Assembly (NCBI GenBank): GCA_031404215.1
Contig: JANNHC010000361.1
Coordinates: 1 to 47,965 of the forward strand
Reading direction: 5' to 3'
Source: Acidobacteriota bacterium
Lineage (GTDB): Bacteria > Acidobacteriota > Vicinamibacteria > Vicinamibacterales > 2-12-FULL-66-21
Length of the DNA stretch: 47,965 nucleotides
The number at the start of each line of letters is the position of its first letter. Position 1 is the first letter of the stretch. The translations under genes were made by a program, and so were the position numbers. Shown here piece after piece: positions 33,528-41,451 of the stretch. The notes beneath the pieces were generated by a model that worked only from the letters and a program-made list of their open reading frames with translations, was not told where the DNA came from and did not search any database.

Positions 33528-34277
33528 ATGTCCGGCCATTCCAAATGGCACACGATTAAGCACAAAAAGGGCGCCGCGGATGCGAAGCGCGGGAAGATTT
33601 TCACCCGCCTCATCAAGGAGCTGACGGTCGCGGCCCGGGGCGGTGGCGGCGATATCGACAGCAATCCGCGCCTGCGCACGATCGTGGCCGAAGCCAAGTC
33701 CGTCAACATGCCCGCCGACAACATCAAGCGCGCGATCCAGCGCGGCACGGGCGAACTGCCGGGTGTGTCCTACGAGGAAATCAACTACGAGTGCTACGGC
33801 CCCGGCGGCGCCGCCGTCATCGTCGAGACGCTGACCGACAACAAGAACCGCACGGTAGGAGAAATTCGTCACGTGCTGTCGAAGCACGGCGGCAACCTCG
33901 CCGCGGAAAACAGCGTGGCCTGGATGTTCGACAAGAAGGGCTACATCGTCGTTGAGAAGACGAAGGCCGAGGAAGAAGCGCTGATGGCCGCCGCCATCGA
34001 CGCGGGCGCCGACGACATGCGCGACGACGGGGACAGCTGGGAGATCGTGTCGGCGCCGGACGCCTTCCAGAAAGTGCTCGAGGCCGTGAAGGCGCTCGGG
34101 ATCGAGCCGGGGGCCGCCGAGGTCGCCTTCCTGCCGCAGAACTACGTGAAGCTCGAAGGCAAGCAGGCGCAGCAGATGATCAAGCTGATGGAAGCCCTCG
34201 AGGACTACGAGGACACCAAGAAGGTGTGGTCGAACGCCGACATCGAAGAGAAGGAGATCGAGGCCTCGTTGGCGTGA
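33528..34277 (+). CDS. yebC: YebC/PmpR-family DNA-binding transcriptional regulator
   Basis: ATG 33528 is preceded by GGAG. MSGHSKWHTIKHKKGAADAKRGKIFTRLIKEL is the invariant family N-terminus. Confidence 0.95.
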   Translation: MSGHSKWHTIKHKKGAADAKRGKIFTRLIKELTVAARGGGGDIDSNPRLRTIVAEAKSVNMPADNIKRAIQRGTGELPGVSYEEINYECYGPGGAAVIVETLTDNKNRTVGEIRHVLSKHGGNLAAENSVAWMFDKKGYIVVEKTKAEEEALMAAAIDAGADDMRDDGDSWEIVSAPDAFQKVLEAVKALGIEPGAAEVAFLPQNYVKLEGKQAQQMIKLMEALEDYEDTKKVWSNADIEEKEIEASLA

Positions 34278-34816
34278 AGATTTTCGGGATCGATCCCGGG
34301 TCCAATCGAACGGGTTACGGCTGCATCGAGGTGATTGGCAGCCGTCACCGTCTCGTCATTTGCGGATCGATTTCGGCTCCTGCCCGCTCGACATTTCCTG
34401 AAAAGCTGAAGCGCATTCACGCCGATCTGGCCGTCCTGCTGGCGGCCCACCGCCCGGACTGCGTCGCGGTGGAGAGTATCTTCCACGCGAGGAACGTGCG
34501 CAGCGCGCTCAGACTCGGGCACGCGCGGGGGATCGCGCTGCTCGCCGCCTCGGAGGCGGGGTTGCCGGTCGCCGAGTACGCGCCCGCCGAGATCAAGCGC
34601 GCGGTGGTCGGCTACGGGCGCGCGGAGAAGCACCAGGTGCAACAGATGATCAAGTTGCTGCTGGGCCTCGACGCGCTCCCATCGCCTCACGATGCCGCCG
34701 ACGCGCTCGCGGTGGCGATCTGCCACGTCAACAGCGCGACAGGCGTTGTCGCCGAGCGCGCCGCGGCGGCCACGCCGCCGGGCACACCTCGATCGTGGAG
34801 AGACTATCGCCCGTGA
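34274..34816 (+). CDS. ruvC: crossover junction endodeoxyribonuclease RuvC
   Basis: GTG 34274 (GTGA overlap with yebC). KIFGIDPGSNRTGYG, VAVESIFHARNVRSAL and HDAADALAVAICH. Confidence 0.95.
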   Translation: MKIFGIDPGSNRTGYGCIEVIGSRHRLVICGSISAPARSTFPEKLKRIHADLAVLLAAHRPDCVAVESIFHARNVRSALRLGHARGIALLAASEAGLPVAEYAPAEIKRAVVGYGRAEKHQVQQMIKLLLGLDALPSPHDAADALAVAICHVNSATGVVAERAAAATPPGTPRSWRDYRP

Positions 34817-34826
34817 TGGCTCTCGC

Positions 34827-35429
34827 ATGATCGCTCAGCTGCGCGGCGCGCTTGTCGAAAAAACTCCCAGCCGGCTCATCGTCGATATCGGCGGCGTCGG
34901 CTACGACGTGCACGTGCCGCTCTCGACCTTCTACGTGCTCGGAGAGCCTGGCACGCCGGTGACGTTGCGGATTCACACCCACGTGCGCGAGGACGTCATC
35001 GCGCTCTACGGTTTCGCCACGCCGCTCGAACAGCAGCTGTTCGAGCGCTTGATCTCCATCAGCGGAATCGGCCCGAAGCTCGCGCTCGCGGTGCTCTCGG
35101 GCATCGAACCGGCGGAGCTCGTCACGGCGATACGTCTTCAGGACGTCGCGCGGCTGACCGCGATCCCGGGGGTTGGAACGAAAACGGCGGAGCGGATTGG
35201 TCTCGAGCTGAAAGATCGGCTGCCGGCGGCGATGCAGGCCGCAGGGCAGGGGCCGATCGCCGCGGCGCCGGCAGATCAGCTCCGGGCCGACATGCTCTCG
35301 GCGCTGCTGAATCTCGGCTACCAGCGCGTGGTGTCGGAGAAGGCCATCGAGAAGGCGCTCAAGGGCTCGTCCGACGCCGGTTTCGAGCCGGCGCTGCGCG
35401 CCGTCCTCCGTGGCTTGATGAAGGGTTAG
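34827..35429 (+). CDS. ruvA: Holliday junction DNA helicase subunit RuvA
   Basis: MIAQLRGALVEKTPSRLIVDIGGVGYDVHVPLSTF, plus HhH motifs (ISGIGPKLALAVLS, IPGVGTKTAERI). Confidence 0.95.
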   Translation: MIAQLRGALVEKTPSRLIVDIGGVGYDVHVPLSTFYVLGEPGTPVTLRIHTHVREDVIALYGFATPLEQQLFERLISISGIGPKLALAVLSGIEPAELVTAIRLQDVARLTAIPGVGTKTAERIGLELKDRLPAAMQAAGQGPIAAAPADQLRADMLSALLNLGYQRVVSEKAIEKALKGSSDAGFEPALRAVLRGLMKG

Positions 35430-35510
35430 GTTAGGAGCTGCGAATCACCGGCCCGAGCGTCAGCGAGGGCTGGCAGGCGGCGGGGGTGGGGCCCCGCCGC
35501 AAAGTAAAAA

Positions 35511-36527
35511 ATGACCGAAGACCGTATCGTGACCGCGGCGCGTGGAGAGGACGACACGCAGTACGAGGCCGGACTCCGGCCGCGCACGCTGGACGACTAC
35601 ATCGGCCAGCAGCAGGTCCGCGAACAACTGCATGTCTCCATCACGGCGGCGAAGCAGCGCGGCGAAGCGCTCGACCACGTGTTGCTGTATGGCCCGCCCG
35701 GTCTCGGAAAGACCACGCTCGCGACCGTGATTGCGAACGAGCTTGGCGTGGCGGTCCGCGCCACGGCGGGACCGGTGATCGAGAAGGCCGGCGATCTGGC
35801 CGCGATGCTCACCAACCTCCAGGAGCGCGAGGTGCTGTTCATCGACGAAGTGCACCGCATGAGCCCCGCGATCGAGGAAATCCTCTATCCGGCCATGGAG
35901 GACTACGAGCTGGACATCATGATCGGCCAGGGCCCCGGCGCGCGCTCGGTCAAGGTGCCGGTGCAACGCTTCACGCTCATTGGCGCGACGACGCGGACCG
36001 GGCTGCTGACGGCGCCGCTGCGCGCGCGCTTCGGCATCGTCCATCGCCTGGATTTCTACGGCGAAGACGAGATTCGCGAGATCGTGTGGCGATCGGCCCG
36101 GATCATCGGCGTGCCGATCGAGCACGATGCGTCGGTCGAAATCGCCCGCCGGGCCCGTGGAACGCCGCGTGTGGCGAACAGGCTGCTCCGGCGCGTGCGC
36201 GACTACGCGCAGGTGCGTGCCGACGGTCACATCACGATTGACGTCGCCCGGCGCGCGCTCTCGCTGCTCGACGTGGACGAACGCGGGTTCGACGAAATCG
36301 ATCGCCGGCTCCTGCGGACGATCATCGAGAAGTTCAACGGCGGCCCGGTGGGCGTCGCGAGCCTCGCCGCGGCCATGAGCGAGGAGCGCGATGCCATCGA
36401 GGACATCTATGAGCCGTTTCTCATCCAGATTGGCTTTCTCGACCGGACACCCCGGGGACGGGTCGCGACGGCGAGCGCGTACGAATACTTCGGGCTGACC
36501 GGGCCGGGAAAGGATCGTTTGTGGTGA
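35511..36527 (+). CDS. ruvB: Holliday junction DNA helicase RuvB
   Basis: 338 aa. [12 protein letters not shown], Walker [12 protein letters not shown], Walker B LFIDEVHR, and [16 protein letters not shown]. Confidence 0.97.
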   Translation: MTEDRIVTAARGEDDTQYEAGLRPRTLDDYIGQQQVREQLHVSITAAKQRGEALDHVLLYGPPGLGKTTLATVIANELGVAVRATAGPVIEKAGDLAAMLTNLQEREVLFIDEVHRMSPAIEEILYPAMEDYELDIMIGQGPGARSVKVPVQRFTLIGATTRTGLLTAPLRARFGIVHRLDFYGEDEIREIVWRSARIIGVPIEHDASVEIARRARGTPRVANRLLRRVRDYAQVRADGHITIDVARRALSLLDVDERGFDEIDRRLLRTIIEKFNGGPVGVASLAAAMSEERDAIEDIYEPFLIQIGFLDRTPRGRVATASAYEYFGLTGPGKDRLW

Positions 36528-37522
36528 AGGCGCTGAGGCACGTCAAAATTGCGGGGCTGTCCACGTACGTGCCGCCGAAAGTCCTGTCGAACGCGGATCT
36601 GGAAAAGCTGGTCGAAACCAGCGACGAGTGGATTCTTCAGCGTACCGGGATACGCGAGCGGCACATCGCGGAACCGGGTGTGGCCACGTCGGATCTCGCG
36701 AAGGAAGCCGCCATTGGCGCGATGCAGCAGGCCGGCGTCTCCGCCGACCAGATCGGGTTCATCGTGGTCGGCACGACCACGCCCGATACGATCTTTCCCA
36801 GCACGGCGTGCCTGTTGCAGGACAAGATCGGCGCCCATCACGCGTGGGGTTTCGACCTCGGCGCCGCGTGTTCGGGATTCACCTATGCCCTGACGACTGC
36901 CATGCAGTTTGTGGCAACCGGCGCCCACGACCACGTGCTCGCGGTCGGCGCCGACGTGATGTCGAGCATCATCGACTACACCGATCGCACGACCTGCGTG
37001 CTGTTTGGCGATGGTGCGGGGGCCGTCGTCCTGTCGGTCGCGGCGGAGGGGGATCCGCACATCCTGGATTTCGCGCACGAAATCGACGGAAGCGGAGGGC
37101 CTGCGCTCTGCATGCCGGCGGGCGGCAGCCGGCTGCCGGCGTCGCACGCGACGGTCGATCAGCGCCTCCACTACGTCAAGCAGGACGGGGCCGCGGTGTT
37201 CAAGTTCGCGGTGAGAAAGACCGAGGAGATTTGCCGCCGCGTGCTCGAGCGCAACAACCTCACCGGCGCCGACCTGGATCTGTTCGTGTCGCACCAGGCC
37301 AATCGCCGGATCATCACGGCCGCGGCCGAGCGTCTCGGACTGCCGGACGAGAAGGTCGTGATCAACCTCGAGATGTACGGGAACACCACCGCGGCGACGA
37401 TCCCGCTGGCGCTTGCCGACGCCATGCGCCAGAAGCGGCTGAAGAAGGGGGACCTGGTCCTGCTGACGTCCGTGGGCGCCGGGTTCACCGTCGGAGCGGT
37501 GCTCCTTCGCTGGAGTCTTTAA
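36521..37522 (+). CDS. fabH: beta-ketoacyl-ACP synthase III
   Basis: 333 aa. [15 protein letters not shown], active-site region [18 protein letters not shown] and [12 protein letters not shown]. Start is GTG 36521 or GTG 36524, the latter giving a GTGA overlap with ruvB. Confidence 0.93.
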   Translation: MVKALRHVKIAGLSTYVPPKVLSNADLEKLVETSDEWILQRTGIRERHIAEPGVATSDLAKEAAIGAMQQAGVSADQIGFIVVGTTTPDTIFPSTACLLQDKIGAHHAWGFDLGAACSGFTYALTTAMQFVATGAHDHVLAVGADVMSSIIDYTDRTTCVLFGDGAGAVVLSVAAEGDPHILDFAHEIDGSGGPALCMPAGGSRLPASHATVDQRLHYVKQDGAAVFKFAVRKTEEICRRVLERNNLTGADLDLFVSHQANRRIITAAAERLGLPDEKVVINLEMYGNTTAATIPLALADAMRQKRLKKGDLVLLTSVGAGFTVGAVLLRWSL

Positions 37523-37527
37523 ATTAA

Positions 37528-37665
37528 GGGCTCAGGGCTCAGGTTCGGATCTCACGCAGAGATCGCCAAGACGCAGAGAATCGCGGGCAGGCTGCGGACC
37601 GTGCCATGGCAGCCGCGTCGTCATTGTCTTGCTCCGTGAGCTCAGCGTTCTCCGCGCGAGATCCC
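37528..37665. repeat. second imperfect palindromic intergenic element with CACGCAGAG-type motifs
   Basis: GGATCTCACGCAGAGATCG (37547-37565) matches the reverse complement of 37646-37664 (GGATCTCGCGCGGAGAACG) at 16 of 19 positions. Local hairpin GATCTC-acgca-GAGATC (37548-37564). 9-mers CACGCAGAG (37553-37561) and GACGCAGAG (37570-37578) differ by 1-2 nt from the CACGAAGAG units of the 33170-33457 element. GGGCTCA occurs twice in tandem at 37528-37541. Confidence 0.45.
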
Positions 37666-37694
37666 GTATGTAACAGTTCGTTTGGATATCATCA

Positions 37695-38366
37695 GTGGCA
37701 GTGTCCCGGATCTTTCTGCTCTCTCCAGCCAACTGCTCCGGTCAGCGCGCGAAGATGGTGATGTCGGAGCGGGCCCGGTTCGATCTGGCGTTGCGCCTGC
37801 GCGACGGCGGCGCTGCGCTCGGGGAGGTCTTCGCGTTCGTCAGCGGTCTGTACTTCAAAGGCAAGCTCGCATATGCGATGGCGTTCGCGCGGCCGCCTGA
37901 ACCGGGGACCCCGCTGACGGGGACCGGCGCGCTCGTCATCACCCCGACTGCAGGCCTGCGCCCGGCTGAGACCTGCATCACGATCGACGCGCTTCGCGAA
38001 TTTGCCGGCGTCGATATCGCCGCGAACGATCCGCGATATCGCTGTCCGCTCGTAGCGAGCGCGCGCGTCCTCGACGACGAGATCGGTCCGGACTGCGAGG
38101 TTGTCCTCCTCGGCAGCATTGCATCCGCCAAGTACGTAGACGTCCTGACGGAGATATTCGGCGAGCGGTTACTCTTCCCGATCGACTTCGTGGGCCGCGG
38201 CGACATGAGCCGCGGCGGATTGCTGCTGCGGTGCGTGCGCTCGGGCGACGAGCTTCGTTACGCGCCCGTGACGGGGGCCGTGCGCCACGGGCCGCGTCCG
38301 CCCAGGCTCCCGCCAATCAAAGGGATCACGACGGACTTCAAGGTTGCGCGCAGGTCGAAGCGATAA
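37695..38366 (+). CDS. conserved-looking hypothetical protein, function unknown
   Basis: 223-aa ORF (GTG start) with ordinary amino-acid composition and an alpha/beta-like pattern (RIFLLSPANCSGQRAK, VVLLGSIASAKYVDVL, FVGRGDMSRGGLLLRC). No family recognised. Ends 13 nt before the LigD-pol gene. Confidence 0.6.
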   Translation: MAVSRIFLLSPANCSGQRAKMVMSERARFDLALRLRDGGAALGEVFAFVSGLYFKGKLAYAMAFARPPEPGTPLTGTGALVITPTAGLRPAETCITIDALREFAGVDIAANDPRYRCPLVASARVLDDEIGPDCEVVLLGSIASAKYVDVLTEIFGERLLFPIDFVGRGDMSRGGLLLRCVRSGDELRYAPVTGAVRHGPRPPRLPPIKGITTDFKVARRSKR

Positions 38367-38379
38367 GGAAAGGAAGGAA

Positions 38380-39312
38380 GTGGCTCACGCAACGCTCGCC
38401 ATTCCCCGATCCGGATCCGTCACCCTCGACGTCGATGGCCGGGAGGTCCGGCTGACCAACCTCGACAAGGTGTTCTGGGCGGACGAGAAGATCACCAAGG
38501 GCGACCTCATCCAGTACTACGCCGACGTCGCGCCGGTCCTCCTGCCGCACATCCGCGATCGCGCGATGGTCATGAAGCGCTACCCGCACGGCGCGGCCGG
38601 CGAGTTCTTCTTCATGAAACGCGCGCCGGTCCCGCGCCCGGAATGGATCCGCACCTGCCGCATCGACCATCGGTCCGGCAACGTCATCGACTTCCCGGTC
38701 ATCGACGACGTGCCGTCGCTGCTGTGGGTGATCAACCTCGGCTGCATCGATCTGAACCAGTGGTACGCGAAAGCAGACGACGTCGATCGGCCCGATTACG
38801 TGCACTTCGATCTGGATCCCGGGGAGGGGGCGACGTGGGAGCGCGTGCTCGAATGCGGGCGGATCGTGCGCGAGGCGCTCGACGCGTTGAAGATGCCCTC
38901 GGTCGTCAAGACGACAGGCTCGCGCGGCCTCCACGTGTACGTGCCGATCGTCCGCGATCCGACGCAAAAAGAAGTCTGGACGTTCGCCAAGGCGCTCGCC
39001 GTGGAGCTCGCCGCGCGGCATCCGGCGCTGATGACCGCCGAGTACCGCGTGGCGAAACGCCCGACGGGGCGGGTGCTCGTGGACTACAACCAGAACGCCT
39101 GGGGACGGACGCTGGCCTCGATTTACTCGGTGCGCCCGCGCCCGCTCGCACCCGTCTCGACACCGGTCACCTGGGATGAAATTGCCAAGGGTGTGCGCAT
39201 CGAGGACTTCCGTCTCGACAACGTACGCGCGCGGATCGAGCACGTGGGCGATCTGTGGAAACTGCTCCTCAGTGCGCGCGGACGAGTGGACCTGCGACAG
39301 AAGCGCACCTGA
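38380..39312 (+). CDS. ligD: stand-alone LigD-type primase-polymerase (NHEJ polymerase domain) protein
   Basis: GTG 38380 lies directly after GGAAAGGAAGGAA. LTNLDKVFW, DYVHFDLDPGEG (catalytic Asp motif), KTTGSRGLHVYVPI and VLVDYNQN are LigD PolDom hallmarks. No ligase or phosphoesterase domain is fused, and no ku gene is present in the window. Confidence 0.9.
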   Translation: MAHATLAIPRSGSVTLDVDGREVRLTNLDKVFWADEKITKGDLIQYYADVAPVLLPHIRDRAMVMKRYPHGAAGEFFFMKRAPVPRPEWIRTCRIDHRSGNVIDFPVIDDVPSLLWVINLGCIDLNQWYAKADDVDRPDYVHFDLDPGEGATWERVLECGRIVREALDALKMPSVVKTTGSRGLHVYVPIVRDPTQKEVWTFAKALAVELAARHPALMTAEYRVAKRPTGRVLVDYNQNAWGRTLASIYSVRPRPLAPVSTPVTWDEIAKGVRIEDFRLDNVRARIEHVGDLWKLLLSARGRVDLRQKRT

Positions 39313-39641
39313 GCCTCGGGCAGCTCCTCAAACAACAGGGACAGATACAGGCGGCCGCGGCAGAACTCGCAGAAGCAGAACGCCTCAATCGAACGACAGC
39401 TGATGCCCAGGCCTCGACGTTTGCGGTGAGTGTGGGAATGCAGAAGCTGAAGGCCCGCGACTACACGGGTGCGCTGATACAATTCCGTGAGGCTGTCCGC
39501 CTTGCGGCTGACAACCCGCAGGCGCATTATCAGCTCGCTCTGGCTCTTCAACGGACCGGCGCTCGAGCGGAGGCGCGCATGCACTTCGCAGAAGCGCGGC
39601 GTCTGTCTCCGCGCCTCCTGCCGCCCAAAGGCAACCAATGA
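39255..39641 (+). CDS. short TPR-repeat ORF, probably a 5-prime-truncated remnant; true start uncertain (candidates GTG 39426, GTG 39432, ATG 39438)
   Basis: TPR-like helices (HLSLGQLLKQQGQIQAAAAELAEAERL; YTGALIQFREAVRLAADNPQAHYQLALALQRTGARAEARMHFAEARRL). The stop overlaps the CRTAC1 start (ATGA at 39638-39641). The 5-prime 58 nt overlap the LigD-pol gene. Confidence 0.45.
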   Translation: METAPQCARTSGPATEAHLSLGQLLKQQGQIQAAAAELAEAERLNRTTADAQASTFAVSVGMQKLKARDYTGALIQFREAVRLAADNPQAHYQLALALQRTGARAEARMHFAEARRLSPRLLPPKGNQ

Positions 39642-41371
39642 CACGCCGCGTGACGCGTCACACGCTTACAAGCCTGTTGGCAGGCACCGCGATCCTCGTC
39701 TCGGCTGCGCTGGGTTCCGGGGCCCGGGCGCCGGATGACACGCCGCTCGGATTCTCGTTCAGGAACACCGCCCGCGAGGCGGGGTTGACGGCGATCACGA
39801 TCTTCGGCGGCACGGACACCAACACATACCTGCTCGAAACGACAGGATGCGGCGTCGCGGTGTTCGATTTCGACGGCGACGGCTGGCTGGACATCTTCAT
39901 CGTCAACGGATCCGTTCTCGAAGGGTTTCCCCGCGGCGGCGCACCGACCGGGCATCTGTATCGCAACAGGCACGATGGCACGTACGAGGACGTGACGGTC
40001 AAGGCGGGCCTGACTCAATCCGGGTGGGGGCAGGCGGCCTGCGCTGCGGACTATGACAATGATGGGCACGACGATCTGTTCGTCACGTATTGGGGACAGA
40101 ACCGCTTGTTTCACAACCGCGGGAACGGCAGGTTCGAGGACGTCACCGCCGGCTCCGGGCTGAAGACGGCAAAGCCGCGATGGGGAACCGGCTGCGCGTT
40201 CCTCGACTACGACCGGGACGGCCGCCTGGATCTGTTCGCCGCCAACTACATCGACTTCGATCTGGGGTCGACGCCAGTGCCTGAATCCGGTCTGTGCCGT
40301 TACAAGGGAATTCCCGTTGCGTGCGGGCCACCGGGACTGCCCGGAGGCAAGAACGTGCTGTACCGCAACACGGGGAACGGAACCTTCGATGACGTCTCCG
40401 ACCGCGCCGGTATCACGCGCGCGAGTGGAACCTACGGTCTCGGGGTCAGCACGCTGGACTTCAACGACGACGGCTGGGTCGATCTCTACGTGGCGAACGA
40501 TTCCAATCCGAGTGCGCTCTATCTCAACAACGCGGACGGGACATTCAAGGACATCGCCGTGGCCGCCGGGTGCGCCTATAGCCAGGACGGCAAGCCACAG
40601 GCGGGCATGGGTGTCGCGGTCGGCGACTACGATCGCAATGGCACCGTGGATCTGTTCAAGACGAACTTCGCGGGGGACACGTCAACGCTGTATGCCAACG
40701 ACGGCAAGGGATCCTGCGAAGACCGGACGTTCGCCGGCGGCATCGGCCTGAACACACGGTGGCTCGGATGGGGTGTGGGCTTTCTGGACCTGGATCACGA
40801 CGGCTGGCTCGATCTGTTTCTCGTCAACGGCCACGTGTACCCCGAGGTCCAGCGGCTGCAAACCGAGTCGGGCTATAAGCAGCGGAAGATCGTGTACCGC
40901 AATCTCGCGAACGGACGATTCGAGGACGTGTCAGAGCGCCTGGGTCCGCCGGTCACGACTCCCGCGGCCGGCCGTGGCGCCGCGTTCGCGGATCTGGACA
41001 ACGACGGGGACACCGACGTTGTCGTCAACAACATGCATGCGGCGCCCGATCTGTTCAGGCTCGACTCGCCCGCCGGCGCGCATTGGACAACGGTGAAGCT
41101 GATCGGCACGCGTTCGAACAGGAGCGCCATCGGAGCGCGAGTCCGGTTGTTCAGCGCCGACCGCGTGCAGCTGCAGGAAGTCCGGGGCGGCGGCAGCTAC
41201 TTTTCGCAGAACGACCTGCGGGTGCATTTCGGGCTCGGACGGTCCGCGGTGGTGGAACGCCTCGAAATCCGATGGCCGAACGGGCTCGAGGAGCAGTGGA
41301 AGAATCTCGACGTCGATCGCATCGTCACACTGACGGAGGGGACCGGTACCGCGATGTCGCCAGCAAAATGA
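39638..41371 (+). CDS. CRTAC1-family protein (FG-GAP/VCBS repeats plus ASPIC/UnbV C-terminal domain)
   Basis: 577 aa with a signal peptide. Repeated FDFDGDGWLDIFIVNG / DYDNDGHDDLFVT / DYDRDGRLDLFAANY / DFNDDGWVDLYVAND units. C-terminal IGARVRLFSADRVQLQEVRGGGSYFSQNDLRVHFGLG. Confidence 0.9.
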   Translation: MTRRVTRHTLTSLLAGTAILVSAALGSGARAPDDTPLGFSFRNTAREAGLTAITIFGGTDTNTYLLETTGCGVAVFDFDGDGWLDIFIVNGSVLEGFPRGGAPTGHLYRNRHDGTYEDVTVKAGLTQSGWGQAACAADYDNDGHDDLFVTYWGQNRLFHNRGNGRFEDVTAGSGLKTAKPRWGTGCAFLDYDRDGRLDLFAANYIDFDLGSTPVPESGLCRYKGIPVACGPPGLPGGKNVLYRNTGNGTFDDVSDRAGITRASGTYGLGVSTLDFNDDGWVDLYVANDSNPSALYLNNADGTFKDIAVAAGCAYSQDGKPQAGMGVAVGDYDRNGTVDLFKTNFAGDTSTLYANDGKGSCEDRTFAGGIGLNTRWLGWGVGFLDLDHDGWLDLFLVNGHVYPEVQRLQTESGYKQRKIVYRNLANGRFEDVSERLGPPVTTPAAGRGAAFADLDNDGDTDVVVNNMHAAPDLFRLDSPAGAHWTTVKLIGTRSNRSAIGARVRLFSADRVQLQEVRGGGSYFSQNDLRVHFGLGRSAVVERLEIRWPNGLEEQWKNLDVDRIVTLTEGTGTAMSPAK

Positions 41372-41451
41372 TGGCGTCAGTTGTCACGCGTGTTGTTTGT
41401 GCTCAAGATCTCGGTTCGCGAACCGCCCCAATGCGCCGCGCCTCGCTGGCA

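Noticed and set aside
41413-41424. GGTTCGCGAACC perfect 12-bp palindrome between the convergent CRTAC1 and treY genes, as a possible terminator
   Set aside because: As a hairpin it would have only a 4-bp stem, and no U-tract follows. It may be a protein site or chance. Not enough to call a terminator.
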